A DNA stretch of 64,000 nt from Octopus vulgaris (GCA_951406725.2 OX597830.1:16802001-16866000), one strand, 5' to 3'. Shown: positions 39,781 to 52,901, counted from the stretch's first letter. The notes: generated by a model not told the origin, from the letters alone. Translations and numbers: made by a program.

Positions 39781-40233
39781 TAGATTCTGTCCAATGCCAC
39801 AGATTTGCTTGTCGGTTGTTTGACCTTAACCAAGTTGAGCATGTCCCTCGGTGGTTGATGATATGTGCATCTCTGATTACAAGTAGAAGTAGTGGGGGGG
39901 GCATCATAGCCGTGTGATGAGAGGAATTTTGGGGAGATTGAATAATTCACCTCTGGAAATATGGGTGTTTCGTTCAACATCCTTAATCAACCCTTATTCA
40001 GGGACCTTTTGAGCGGGATGGGCTACTCGGCCTGAAAAAAATTCTCACTGGGCCCCACCTGTAATGTCATACGCTGTTAATCTTGATATGAGGTCATCAC
40101 GTTGCACACATGGTTGTGATGCATATGCCTGGTGTACCCTTATCAGACAGATAGTCATGATGGCTGTATTGGGCTTTGCATATTTGTACCCCAATGTCAC
40201 TTTGATGACATGCGCTGCTCTCTCGCACAATAA
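39781..40233 (+). mobile_element. Second (TAA)n-associated repeat, probably a retroposon 3' region
   Basis: Its last 33 nt match the stub at 38132-38164 at 29/33 positions; both end in caataa. Confidence 0.55.
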
Positions 40234-40565
40234 GTTTCTGATATGATAAAACACTTATTGTGTACCTGTCAGTCACGCAGTACGCTGTAGGGAAAGAATG
40301 GTAAAGCAACAGACGAAGTGGGAGCGTGTGTGACAGTGTGAGATGCTAATGCAGGCGGACAACATTTAAGGGCTTTGCCCTCAAGACGCTAGAGAAAGGA
40401 GAGTAATACAACAGAGGGAGTGGCAGTGACAGTCAGAGGAAGCTTAAGTGCAGGCGAACTATCGTGAGCTCTGAAGTCAAAAGTATTGAAATGAAATTAA
40501 ATTTTTTATCGTAAATTATATTTATCAATTTCACACACACACACACACACACACACAGAAGAGGC

Positions 40566-40991
40566 GGATCTTTTCGGTTTGACCGGCAGTTTTTAAAAAT
40601 AATTTCCACGTAACTAAACACTTTTAAACTTCGTATACTGGTAGAATGTGTTTATAAAACATCTTTTTCTCTTGGCTTTATTGAGAAAATTCTATAGTTT
40701 GTAAGATATTTGTTGGGTTTTTTTCTTCAATTTCTTCAATTTCTACCAATCACTGACGTCCATTGAGTTAAAAAATATTCTGTGCCGTATGAATATGTCC
40801 CACGTTTAAGAAACAGATTGGGTTTATTTACATTTCTGAAAAAAAAAAAAGATACCCTTTCCCATCACCCCTAACTAACCCTAACCCTAAAACAGATTGA
40901 AATGCAATAGATCGATACTAGGGTCATAATTATGGGTGACAATTTCATATGACACCGCTAGAAAAAACTGCCGTTCAAACCGAAAAGATCC
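40566..40991 (+). mobile_element. Merlin-like MITE with CCCTAA repeats, copy 3
   Basis: Intact TIRs; TSD gaagaggc / gaggaggc (7/8). Confidence 0.9.
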
Positions 40992-41148
40992 GAGGAGGCT
41001 TATATGTTACATACAATAAAATTATTTCATCGATCTAAAAAATGTAAACAAACACGCACGCGCACACATGCACGCACGCGCACACATGCACGCACTCACA
41101 CGTGCACACGTATGCCCATGCAGAGATGTGCATAGACAGGTATGCTAT

Positions 41149-41922
41149 GCGCAGAAATGGCTGTGAGGTAAGAAGCTTGCTTCCCAACCGCATGATTCCG
41201 GGTTCAGTCCCGCTGCGTGGCACCTCAGGCAAGTGTCTTCTACGCTAGCCTCTTATGAGTGGATTTGGTAGACGGAAACTGAAAGAAGCCTGTCGTGTTT
41301 GTGTAAAAAAATTTTTAAGAATTTTTTTTTTTCTAAATATGCGGAAAAATACGGACATCATGATTCGGACAAAAATTTCAAAACATTTCTGTACTTACGG
41401 TTACGGTTTTAGGATTAGGGTTAGGATTAGGGTTAGGGTTAGGGTTAGGGTTTTAGGGTTAGGGTTTTAGGGTTAGGGTTAGGGCTTTAGGGTTTTAAGG
41501 TTAGTGTTGAGGAAAAAAGTCAAAATTGAAGAAGTTGGAGGTGGGGGGAAAGGTGGGGGAAAAATTTCACAATGCCGATTTTTGGCAATTTTCCGGAACC
41601 TCCATATCCGAAAACGGGCATTTTGGGCAAAGAAAATTACAAAAATAAACAAATTTTGGAGAAAATGGGTTGGGGGGGGGGCCTAACCGAGCAGACCTAT
41701 GATAAAAGGAATTTGTTTGTTCCGCCACCACCATCACCTGATAACTAGTGCTGGTGTATTTACGTCCCCGTAACTTAGCAGTACGGCAAATGAGACCGAT
41801 AGAATGAGCCCTAGGCTTTAAAAAAATTAACTCTTTGGGTAGATTTGTTCGACTAAAACCCTTCAAGGCGGTGCTCCAGCATGGCCGCAGTCAAATGACT
41901 GAACCAAATAAAAGAATAAAAG
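41149..41922 (+). mobile_element. SINE family A split by a ~400-bp insert containing a telomeric array
   Basis: 5' half 41149-41300 and 3' half about 41714-41922. Confidence 0.75.
41394..41508 (+). repeat. Interstitial telomeric array (TTAGGG with TTTTAGGG variants)
   Basis: Directly visible. Confidence 0.9.
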
Positions 41923-41923
41923 A

Positions 41924-41963
<40 letters not shown>

Positions 41964-42670
41964 GCGTGTCATATCTGGCGGTACTGGCAAAGACTATATT
42001 TAACTGAAGAGGTATAATAAGACTAAAACGCGCTTGGAGTTATCCTCCATACTGCCAGCTCAGACTCACTCCGCCACTGCATTACTTATATACTATTCAC
42101 ATTTTCATCGATTAAATTTGGCGGATAACTCCTCCGGCTTTCTTGATGGAATTAATTATTAAGTTAATGATTCTTTCTCGTTACAACAAGTGTAGTTTTA
42201 CTAAATTAAGATTTCTTGGTTCAGTTCAGTACATTAGCACTGACCTTACCATTTGTTTCGTATTAACTCAGATCGCCTAGCCGTTGATAATAAATTTTCA
42301 GAAAAGATCAATAAGGTAATGATATATATACGTCTGATCAGGAAAGCTCTATTAACTGTCTATATTTACTATGCTATATTTATCATAACACCATTTTTAA
42401 TATATCGTATTAAACCACAACAAATAAATAAATAAAATAAATAAATAAATCCTTGTCAAATGTTTCGCCGGTTTTGGGAAAATCTCTGACCACTTTCTGG
42501 CTAGATGCCCACACCTTGTCTCATTGATCACAGACGCGGTTAAGTAACTAACAACCTTCAATGAAAAATATGCAAATCAACAGACCTGTTGTGGAATGGG
42601 GAGTAAAACGTATCTGCTGATACAATGAACAGGAAATGAAAAGATCTTTTGACTTCAGACAGCTGCATTG

Positions 42671-42737
<67 letters not shown>

Positions 42738-42740
<3 letters not shown>

Positions 42741-42919
42741 TATGTGACCTCGTCTGTATCACTAGCGTTTTTGTTTCCTCTGTCTTCCCTTCTCGGGACC
42801 TTTCCTTCTCCTATGTTTCCGACGAAGAGCTCCGCTCGAAACGTCTTTCCTGAGCGTCCAATAATACTTTAATTGTTCCACGTCCTTGCGTTGTTGTCTT
42901 TTTGTTTTCTTGTTTGGAT

Positions 42920-42923
<4 letters not shown>
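42738..42923 (+). mobile_element. (TA)n-embedded short element with a degenerate minimal hammerhead motif (Penelope-like terminal repeat)
   Basis: (TA)n on both sides; CCGACGA-A-GAGC-tcc-GCTC-GAAA-CGTC at 42819-42845. Confidence 0.5.
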
Positions 42924-42985
<62 letters not shown>

Positions 42986-43052
42986 TGTTGGCTAATGCGG
43001 TGATTGCCCCTTCTCTAACTATCAAAAGATAGGCACTTTGAGCAATATTTTC

Positions 43053-43221
43053 TACATTTGTGAAGAAGAAAAAAGATACCCTTCCCCCCCACCTCTAACC
43101 CTAACTAACCCTAACCCTAAAACAGATTGAAATGTAATAGATCGATACTGGGGTCATAATTATGGATGACACTTTCATATGACACCGCTAGAAAAAAATG
43201 CCGGTCAAACCGAAAAAATCC
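43053..43221 (+). mobile_element. Merlin-like MITE, 3' half
   Basis: Matches 4147-4302 including CCCTAA repeats and the right TIR. Confidence 0.85.
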
Positions 43222-43498
43222 CAGAGTCGTATATTTTACAATATACTAGATTTTCCCAATGGCTTTAAGAGAATCGAGACAGCTAACTTTCATCTTAGGA
43301 CTTGCACGTGTTCTGTTCCGGTAAACATTATCAGTTTGATTGAATTAACAGTTTCTGCGATAAAACTCAGACAGGCCACAGAAACAACAACAGCCCCACT
43401 CTTTGTTAAACGAACACATTTGTCAGATCAAGCATACTACGTAACTGTGTGGCTTAAGAAGGAAATGTAAACGAAAAAGACTTGTATAGTCTCTAAAT

Positions 43499-43887
43499 GG
43501 ATCTTTTCGGTTTGAACGGTGTCATATGAAATTGTCACCCATAATTATGACCCTAGTATCGATCTATTGCATTTCAATCTGTTTTAGGGTTAGGGTGGGG
43601 GGAAGGGTATCTTTTTTTTCTTCACAAATGTAAATAAACCCAATCTGTTTCTTAAACGAGGGACATATTCATACGGCACATAATGTTTTCACCTCAATAG
43701 ACGTCATTGATTGGTTGAAATTGCAGAAGAAAAAAAACAACAAATATCATACAAACTATAGAATTTTCTCAATAACGCCAAGAGAAAAAGATGTTTTATA
43801 AACACATTCTACCAGTATACGAAGTTTAAAAGTGTTTAGTTACGTGGAAATTATTTCTAAAAACTGCCGGTCAAACCGAAAAGATCC
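43499..43887 (-). mobile_element. Merlin-like MITE copy 4, inverted, with a short deletion at cgg microhomology in one TIR
   Basis: Reverse complement of copies 1-3. Confidence 0.88.
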
Positions 43888-45861
43888 CAAAAAATAAACA
43901 TTTTACAAAAGATTCACACTTGATAATAGCTAAACAATCTGGTTTCACAGATAACCCTCACAAGGATAACGTTTAGAGCACGACGATCTACTGGATTTAT
44001 TGTTAAAACAGCAAACTTGAACTGAGAAGACAGAGGCTAAATTATCAGAGCCTCCTGTTTAGAGCGTGACGACATAAGCTGAGTCGTTTGCTGAGATCAA
44101 GACGACATAGCAAGGTCGCCAGTTATTATTATACTCAAGACAAAATGACGTTAATTGAAACACCTTTTTTTAGACCAGACGACATAAGGTCACCAGATAA
44201 AACTAAGATATCATCAGTAAAATATAGACACTCGTCAGTTAAATGTACGTAATCTAGATATTACAAGCTAAGGAAAAACAAAAAGAGAATGGTTTATATC
44301 TAACCAGTTTGATGAAATGGTTGTCGCTGGGAGATTAATCGGTTGTTTTCATAGTGAGAGGAAATAAAGTCAAAAGAAAAAATGTCACATTTCATTAAAA
44401 TACCATAAATAATAGTTAAAGTAATTAAACATTTTAAGTTGCTTATTAACTGACACTACATGACTTGTACACAATGACAACACACTTTATAGAATCATTT
44501 ACAAAGTGGAAAAAAAAAACGTTTTATTCAATATCTTAAGTGAAACAATAACACAAACAAAAAACATTAAATCAGTCATTTATTGAAGTTTTCCTGTGAC
44601 TTTTTTTCCGGGATTCGTTTTCATGTCTATTCAGTGAATACCAACGTATTACGAAAGAAAAATAGCGATTAAAGTACATGCTACCTCCCATGCTTATTGG
44701 TCCACCATCTTGCTGATGGTAATGACGGTGGTAATGATGGTAATGATGGTAATGATAGTAATGATGGTAATGATGATGACGATGGTGGTGTGCACAGAGG
44801 TGGCAATGATGTATTTCTAAATACACGGAGATGGTGGCAATGATGGTAGCAGTTGTTAGTCAACATGTCAGTGCTAATGGAGTCGCTTATTTGTTATGAT
44901 CGTGGTGATGAAAGAGGTGGCGGTGGTGATGATTATGGCGGTAATGATGGTTATGCTAATATTGGTAATGCTAAGCGGAAACGGCGGTGATGGAGACGAG
45001 GGTGGCGACGGTAACAGATGGTGGCGGCGGTGACAGTCGAATCCACTTGCTTCTACTATTACAAACTGCATTCTGATGCAGTCTTCCTTCATGCTTTCTG
45101 ACGGTGTTTGTTGACGAAGATTATTATGGCTTCAGTTGCAGACGTCAACGTTGCGATTGTGATGACTGCATCAATTAATTGCAAACTCTGTTATTGATGA
45201 TGACGACCACGACCGCGACGACGATGATGATGATGTTTATCCCCAGCTTAGTCTAGATTCTAGTTACGACCATGCTAAAAGATGAGGGAGTTTTGGCTGC
45301 TACTTTTAGCAGGTCGAGCGAACCACCACGAAGAGATCCTTCCCTTATTGGTGCATCGCAGTTGTTTATTGTCAGCGTTGTCGTCATCGCTGTTTGCTAT
45401 TGTTTAGCTGCAGGTCACTTCTAAACGAGCAGCAGACCTAGAAGTACATTCAGAGGCGTTCCAGCCATGACAATGCCGTCTTTATTTCAGACTAGCATAT
45501 ATATCTAGGTCGAGCGAACCCACATAGCGGCCTCCCCACCACTTATCTCTGTACTTAGTTTTTTTTTTCATTGTTTTTTTTGTTGTTGTCACTGCTACTG
45601 CAGTTGCTGGGTTTTTGTTTATGTTAACCCGTGCACTTATTTCCATAGCTGCTGCTACTACTACTGCTACTGCTACTGCTGCTGCTGTTGCTGCTGCTGC
45701 TCTCGTCGTAGTTACTTCAAAACAATATTTATTATGCAACAGAAATAAATAACTCCGGTACACAACAGTTCTTGTTGTTTTCTTTCTGTATGTTTACAGA
45801 CTGATAATGCCAAGGAGTAGCAGCAATAGCAGCAATATATATACATATATATACACACATG

Positions 45862-45898
<37 letters not shown>

Positions 45899-46056
45899 GT
45901 ATACATACATACATACATACATATATATATATACATATATATATATATACATACATACATACATATATATATATATATACATATATATACACATACATAC
46001 ATACACACACACATAAATATATATATGTATGTATGTATGTATGTATATATATATAT

Positions 46057-46093
<37 letters not shown>

Positions 46094-46132
46094 CATACAT
46101 GCATACATATGTATATATATATATATATATAT

Positions 46133-46178
<46 letters not shown>

Positions 46179-46426
46179 GTTTATATATAAAATGCAGCGT
46201 ACGTAGTGTTGTGGTTTGGTTATCGTTTTTTGTTATTTTTGTTTAGCCCTAGGCCACTGCTGATCGAGTTGTTCAGGTCTATGATCAGAAGGCATACCAG
46301 CCATGACCATCATGTTTTTTTTCTTGCGTTTTTATTAGTTACTTTCTCAGATACAGAGTATTTAGAAACACATCCAATGTGACTGTGTATGTGTACGTAA
46401 TATATATACTACGATATATATATATA

Positions 46427-46499
<73 letters not shown>

Positions 46500-46979
46500 T
46501 CAGTCATTAGACTGCGGCCATGCTAAAGCACACATACGTATACATGTGTGTGTGTGTGTGTGTTTATATCAAGTTGGCAAGATGAGATTCGTGGAAGATT
46601 TCTCTGCTGTTACTAGAAGGTCGAGTAAACAACGTGCAGTTTTCCTCACCGGCGCATTGCTCAGTTGTTGATGTTGTTCAAAACAGTGGCTACGCAACAG
46701 AAATGCCTCTGCCATGAGAAATATCTCGTGGTCGTGTGGTAATTGTGATAGAAGCAAAAATATAATGGAAGCCACTTATTGTAATAATGGATAAAGTTAT
46801 GAAATCAGTTTACAAAACAGTTACCAAAACTAATGGGTCCCCCAAACACGTCCAAGCAATTGTATGTTCCTTGATTAATGTTATCAACCGGCTATTGTTA
46901 TCTGTTCGGTCCAAAGTGAGCAAATAAGCGGCTCCCACTGTATTTATTTTAATACAATGTAGTGCAACATGGTATACGG

Positions 46980-47199
46980 CAGTGGTTTTCAACCTGGGTT
47001 CCGCGGAACCTTAGGGTTCCGCCAGTACAGTCCAGGGGTTCCGCAAGAAGTTACCAAAACTGCTAAAATCGGTAGTAATTTTTAATTCTCCTGTGCAGAT
47101 ATGTGTGCATAAGACTATTAAATTATTGCACAGGGGTTCCTCGAGCCAGTGGAATGCTTCCTTGGGGTTCAGTTCCAGCAAAATGTTTGAAAAGCCCTG
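46980..47199 (+). mobile_element. hAT (Charlie-like) MITE, 220 bp
   Basis: TIRs CAGTGGTTTTCAAC / GTTTGAAAAGCCCTG; perfect 8-bp TSD gtatacgg (46972-79, 47200-07); subterminal gggttcc repeats. Confidence 0.9.
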
Positions 47200-47259
47200 G
47201 TATACGGTATTGGTGTAACAATATAGTATGGCGCAGTATTATAGTGTAAATACATAGAA

Positions 47260-47750
47260 TAGAATAGGTGTAGTTAAGGAGTTTGTTTTCTAACCATGCA
47301 CGGCACCTTGAGCAAGTGTCTTCTATTATATACCGCAGAGCAAACAAAAGCCTTCCAAGTGAATTGGTAGCCGGAAAGTGAAAGTAGCTCGTGGTGTGTG
47401 CATGTGTGTGTGTCTGTATATGTATATATGTGTGTGTATATATGACAGGCTTCTTTGAGTTTCCACCTACCAAATCCACTCACAAGGTTTTGTCAGCCTG
47501 GGGCTATAGTAGAAGAGACTCGCCCAAAGTGCAACACAGTGGGACTGAACCCAGAACCATGTGGTTGGGAAGCAAGCTTTTTACCACACAGCCACACCTA
47601 TGGCTAGGCTGTGAGGTAAGAAGATTGCTTCCCAACCACATGGTTCTGGGTTCAGTCCCACTGCATGGTACCTAGGTCAAGTGTCTTTTATCATAGCCTG
47701 AGGCCAACCAAAAACCTTGTGAGTGGGTTTGGTAGACAGAAACTGAGAGA
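47260..47750. mobile_element. Three diverged family A 5' halves (+, -, +)
   Basis: Family A head motifs in alternating orientation. Confidence 0.7.
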
Positions 47751-47760
47751 AGTTCACTGA

Positions 47761-49316
47761 GCTCTAACTGGGGAGGGAACCTGTGGAAGAGGTAGGCCCA
47801 GAAGGACATGGAATGAGATTGTGAAGCATGAGCTTTGAATGTTGAGCCTAACAGAGGTGATCACAAGGGACCGAGACCTTTGAGAATATGCTGTGCTTGA
47901 GAAGACTCGTCAAGCCAAGTGAAATCATAGTCATGGTTATTGCCTGTGCCATGTGAATGGCACCCTTAAAATCATAATCGTGACCGTTGCTGGTTGTGTA
48001 ATCTTCGAATGTCAGGCCTCACAGAGGTGATGACAAGTGACTGAGACCTTTCACGATATGCTATGCTGAGAAAGACTCATCAAGCCAAGTGAAAGCGTAG
48101 CTGTGGCCATTGCCAGTATCATGTAAATGGCACCTATGGAATCGAGTTGTGGTCATTGCTGGTGTTATGTAAATGACACCCATGCTGGCGGCACATAAAA
48201 AGCACCCATTACACTCTTGGAATAGTTGGTGTTAAGAAGGGCATCCAGACATAGAACACCATGCCAAATGAGACTGGAACCTGGTGCAGCCCTCTGACTT
48301 ACCAATTCCAGTCAAACTGTCCAACCCATGCCAGCATGGAAATCAGATGTTAGATGAGGAGGATGATGATGATGATGTGTGTGAGTGTGTATGTCTCTTT
48401 ATGTCTGTGTTTATCCCTCACCACCACATTACTGAATGGAAATAGTAGTTAAGACACCCGTGCCGGTGACACGTTTAAAGAAAAGCACTGTCTGAACGTG
48501 GCAGGTGCCAGCGCCGCCTGACTGGCGTCCGTGTCAGTGACACGTAAAAGCACCAACCGATCGTGGCCGTTTGCCAGTCTCCTCTGGCCCCTGTGCCAGT
48601 GGCACGTAAAAAGCACCCACTACACTCTCAGAGTGGTTGGCGTTAGGAAAGGCATCCAGCTATAGAAACACTGCCAGATCAGACTGGTGCCTGGTGCAGC
48701 CTGCTGGCTTCCCTGACCCCGGTCGAACCGTCCAACCCATGCTAGCATGGAAAACAGACGTTAAACGATGATGATGATGATGATGATACCAGTTATGGTC
48801 ACCTTATCTTTTATTCCAAACATAGTGTTACCTAGAATTATCTAATCCAGTGTACTTTTCCTTTCTAAGAGGATAGGGTGTGAGTTACAGGAGTTTTGAC
48901 TGCTATTTCTTACAGGTCAGTCAACCCACCATGGAGGGACTCGTACATTGACTTGTGACAAGAAAATATAGTCTAGCATGCAGTGAAGGATTAAATGTGG
49001 TTGTATAAATATGTAGTGTAATAAAACAATGTTATTATTGTCACTGCTGCTTAGCTCTGGGTCAGCTCTCATGGTTCAGAGCTTTCATTCAAAGCACTCC
49101 AGCTGTGACCATCCCATCTTTTTTTCCCCAAGTATAATGTACTCAGGATAACACTATCCAGTATATTCTTCTTGTTTAAAATGATAGGTTGTGATCTGAC
49201 AGGGAATTTGGCTGCTATTTCTAGCAATGTGTGAATATGTTTGGCAGTTCCCTCGTTAGCTTATAGTTAGTATAGTATGTAATAGTAGTTTAAAAATATG
49301 GTGTAGAATAACACTA

Positions 49317-49356
<40 letters not shown>

Positions 49357-49930
49357 GTTTAACGTCCGTTTTCCGCGCTAGCACGGGTTGGACGGTTTGA
49401 CCGGGGTCTGGGAAGCCAGGGGCTGCTCCAGGCTCCAGTCTGATCTGGCAGAGTTTCTGATCTGGATGCCCTTCCTAACGCCAACCACTCCGCGAGTGGA
49501 GTGGGTGCTTTTTACGTGCCACCTGCACAATTACACCACCTGTTTTGTGGGGTTTTCTTTTTGTTTTTGTTTTTTTTTTCTTTTTGATTTTATGAGCAGG
49601 TGCCACATAAGAAGTGTCCGTACCAGTGTCATATAAAAAGCATTTATGCCAGCACCACACAAAAGTCACCCATGCAAGCACCATGTAAAACACACCCATA
49701 ACTGGCACCACATAGAGGGCACCTGTGCTGGTGCCACATAAGGAGCACTCCTGTAGTCACCACTTAAAAAGCACCCAGTACACTCTGTGGATGGTTGGTG
49801 TTGGGAAGCGCATCCAGCCGCAAAAACCATGCCAAAATCAGATGACTGGAGCCTGGTGCAGCCCTCTAGATTGTTTGTGCATGTCAAAACCATTGAAGCT
49901 ATGCCAGCATGAAAAATGGATGTTAAATGA
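47761..49930. mobile_element. Cluster of RTE LINE 3' ends and derived tails ending in (GAT)n (47761-48376 +, 48455-48787 +, 49356-49525 -, 49590-49930 +)
   Basis: EGTCGRGRPRRTWNEIVKHEL near 47770; shared 3'UTR ggcatccag..tagaa.....tgcca.at.agactgg..cctggtgcagcc..agcatggaaa. Confidence 0.75.
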
Positions 49931-50035
49931 AGACGTTGATGATGATGATGACAATGATGTTGATGATGATGATGATGTTGATGACGATGATGATGATGAC
50001 GACGATGATGTTGATAATGATGAAGATGGATGACA

Positions 50036-50086
<51 letters not shown>

Positions 50087-50103
50087 TTATAATGAAGATG
50101 ACA

Positions 50104-50134
<31 letters not shown>

Positions 50135-50346
50135 CGATGACGACGATGATGACGATGATGATGATGAAGATAAGGATTATGATGACGACAACAATGATGA
50201 TGATGATGATGATGACGATGACGATGATGACAATGATGATGATGATGATGATGATGACGACGAAGATGATGATGAACATAAGGATAATGATGATGACGAT
50301 GATGATAATGATGATGACGACAATGACGACAATGATGATGATGATG
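49928..50346. repeat. (GAT)n compound microsatellite, an expanded retroposon tail
   Basis: Directly visible; follows the RTE tail. Confidence 0.9.
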
Positions 50347-50860
50347 GCTGTGATGAGCCTTGCCATCTGTCACTGAGTTTTCTTCTATAGCTTCAAATTG
50401 CCCAAGGCTCCTCCAAGTGGAAAATTAGTAACAGCAACTCCCTCAACTATCATAACAGTTGCAAGCTCCAAAAGTTTCCCTAACATTAATCTAACATTTG
50501 ATCAAGTTGCCTTGTAATGGGATTGAACCCAAAAACCACACGGTTTTTAAGCAAGTTCCTTAACCACACAGCTATAAACCTGCCAATTAACAAAAAAAAA
50601 CTTCCAAATTATTTTGGCACTATAATTGCATTACTGTGTCAGTAAAACATTGAACTAAATGACTGCTGTGTTTGCTTCAACTGTCTTCATTGTGAGATCA
50701 AATTTCACGAGGGTTGACTTTTTTTGTCCTCTTTCAAAGATTATCAAAACAAATTTTGGTGACATACTGAGGTGAATTTAGTGAAATATAATATTTAAGT
50801 TAACATTGACATATTTAGTACAAAAAGCAATAATAAAAAAGATCTAACCAGAAATAGTGT

Positions 50861-50934
50861 GCCCCAATAGCTCAGAGGTTTAGAGCACTGGTCTTGTAAA
50901 CCAGGGGTCGTGAGTTTGAATCTCACTTGGGACA
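50861..50934 (+). tRNA. tRNA-Thr(TGT), probably pseudogenised
   Basis: Cloverleaf GCCCCAA-TA-GCTC-AGAGGTTTA-GAGC-A-CTGGT-CT[TGT]AA-ACCAG-GGGTC-GTGAG-TTTGAAT-CTCAC-TTGGGAC-A; anticodon 50895-97; C2:A71 mismatch and TTC>TTT in the T loop; T4 at 50948-51. Confidence 0.85.
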
Positions 50935-51735
50935 GCGCCTATCTTTATTTTCGATGGCGGTGCCCCAGCATAGCCACAGCTCATGAGCTGAAACTAGATG
51001 AAAATGAAAAAAAAATGAATTATGAGGTATGGAGAAAAAATACTTTAAGAACTAATGTTATTTTCCATTTTCCTTCTGACATATTTGAAAGACAAATCCA
51101 GATATGATTCACTTTTATTCTGACCTTAACAGCAAAGTATAGCCTTCACTTCACCATACTTGCCAAAGCAATAATGATTTAAATGTACAAGATCACACAC
51201 TTGTTGGTGCAAGAAAATAGAATTGTTTAGAGAACAAATAACACAGAGATGAGATCTGCATGAATATAATATTGTAAATGTTGACATATAATGCAGAGAT
51301 TATAAGAAAGCTAAGTAGACATAAATGTTGTGAGAAATATATTTATCAATGACTAATATATATCATTTTCATTCCTCACCACCGCAAAGAATGGGAAACA
51401 ACTGCAGACATGTTCCATTGTTATTCTGATTTCTTTAGCAAATCATAGCCGTCACTAGACTTGCTGGAGTAGTAGTGATAGAATCAATGAATAAATACAC
51501 AAGATTCGTTGGTGTAGAAAAATAGAATTGTTTAGAAATTAATTAATTCAAAAACTGGAGCTTTTGCTTCAGAAGTTGACCTCATACTGCTTCAAAATAA
51601 ATCAATATTGCTATTTATTTGGAGCAGGTGATATAAAATAGACAAAGTTGTTTTGTTCTGAGTTATTTGGAGTTTTTTTTTGTTTTTTTTTTATCCTCAG
51701 TTCTAACAATTTTACTTGTTTAATGTTGTTAAAGT

Positions 51736-52040
51736 GGAGGCACAATGGCCCAGTGGTTAGGGCAGCGAACTCACGGTCGGAGGATCGCGGTTTCGATTCC
51801 CGGACCAGACGTTGTGTGTGGTTTATTGAGCAAAAACACCTAAAGCTCCATACATATTATAATAAGCTCCGGCAGGGGGTGGTGGTGACCCCTGTTGTAC
51901 TCTTTCTTCCTGTTTCTTGAGTAACGCTGCGATGGACTGGCGCCCCGTCCAGCTGGTGGGTAACACATATGCCACAGAAACCAGGAAACTGGGCCCATGA
52001 GCCTGGCTAGGCTTGAAAAGGGTGCATAGATAAAAAAAAA
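51736..52040 (+). mobile_element. SINE with family B head and a third 3' body (gctgcgatggactggc) with A-rich tail
   Basis: Family B head to cttcctgtttct (about 51917), then a distinct body. Confidence 0.7.
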
Positions 52041-52066
52041 AATGTTTAATAATATTGTTAAAGGGT

Positions 52067-52100
<34 letters not shown>

Positions 52101-52364
52101 CATCAGGTCACATCAAAAATGACTCTGTACTAGTGATTATGTAAGCCAGTACAACTATTTCATGGGTGGATTGCCAGTGACTGCCAACACCACACTAGAG
52201 TCTCACTGTGTTGTGTGGAGAGTCTGTAGATATTCTGACAGGATGATAAAACAATACCTATAAAGGTAGATAAACTCAACGAGGAATCAACAACTATCCA
52301 GCAAACCTATAAACGAAGTGGGAACCCATTAAAGCTTTTGAGTCTAGCGTTATTGACTTCATTA

Positions 52365-52620
52365 AGGCATATGATCTAGTGGATAGGATGTTGCACTAAT
52401 GATCAAAAGATCGTGGTTTCAATTCCAAGACCATTTCGTGCATTGTGTTCTTGAGAGCAAAACACTTCATTTCATGTTGCTCCAAGTTCATTCAGCTGTA
52501 AATGAGTGATCCAACAACGGACTGGAATCCTGTTACGAAGGAACGTTGTGATCTTGGTCACCATGTCCCAAGAAAACTTGGTAGCCAGCTCTGTGAGTAC
52601 TAGGACCCACAGGGCAGGTT
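52365..52620 (+). mobile_element. Diverged family D-like SINE
   Basis: ttgtgttcttgag..caaaacacttcatttcatgttgctcca..cagctgtaaatgagt. Confidence 0.55.
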
Positions 52621-52634
52621 TGTGCAGGAGTTGA

Positions 52635-52867
52635 TGGAGGTGGTGGTGGTGGTGGTAGTGGTGGTGGTGGTGGTGGTGGTAGTGGCGGTGGTGATGTGAT
52701 GGTGGTGGTGGTGGTGGTGATATGATGGTGGTGGTGATGTGATGGTGATGGTGGTGGTGGTGATGTGATGGTGGTGGTGGTGGTGGTGGTGATGTGGTGG
52801 TGGTGGTGGTGATGTGGTGGTGGTGATGGTGATGTCTTGGTGGTGGTGGTTATGGTGGTAGTGGGGA

Positions 52868-52901
<34 letters not shown>

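Noticed and set aside
49666-50376. His-rich, Met-rich and Asp-rich ORFs
   Set aside because: (GAT)n microsatellite; the same applies to 52533-53052.
52340-52382. IDFIKAYDLV resembling an RT motif
   Set aside because: Overlaps a decayed SINE tRNA head and has no flanking RT homology.
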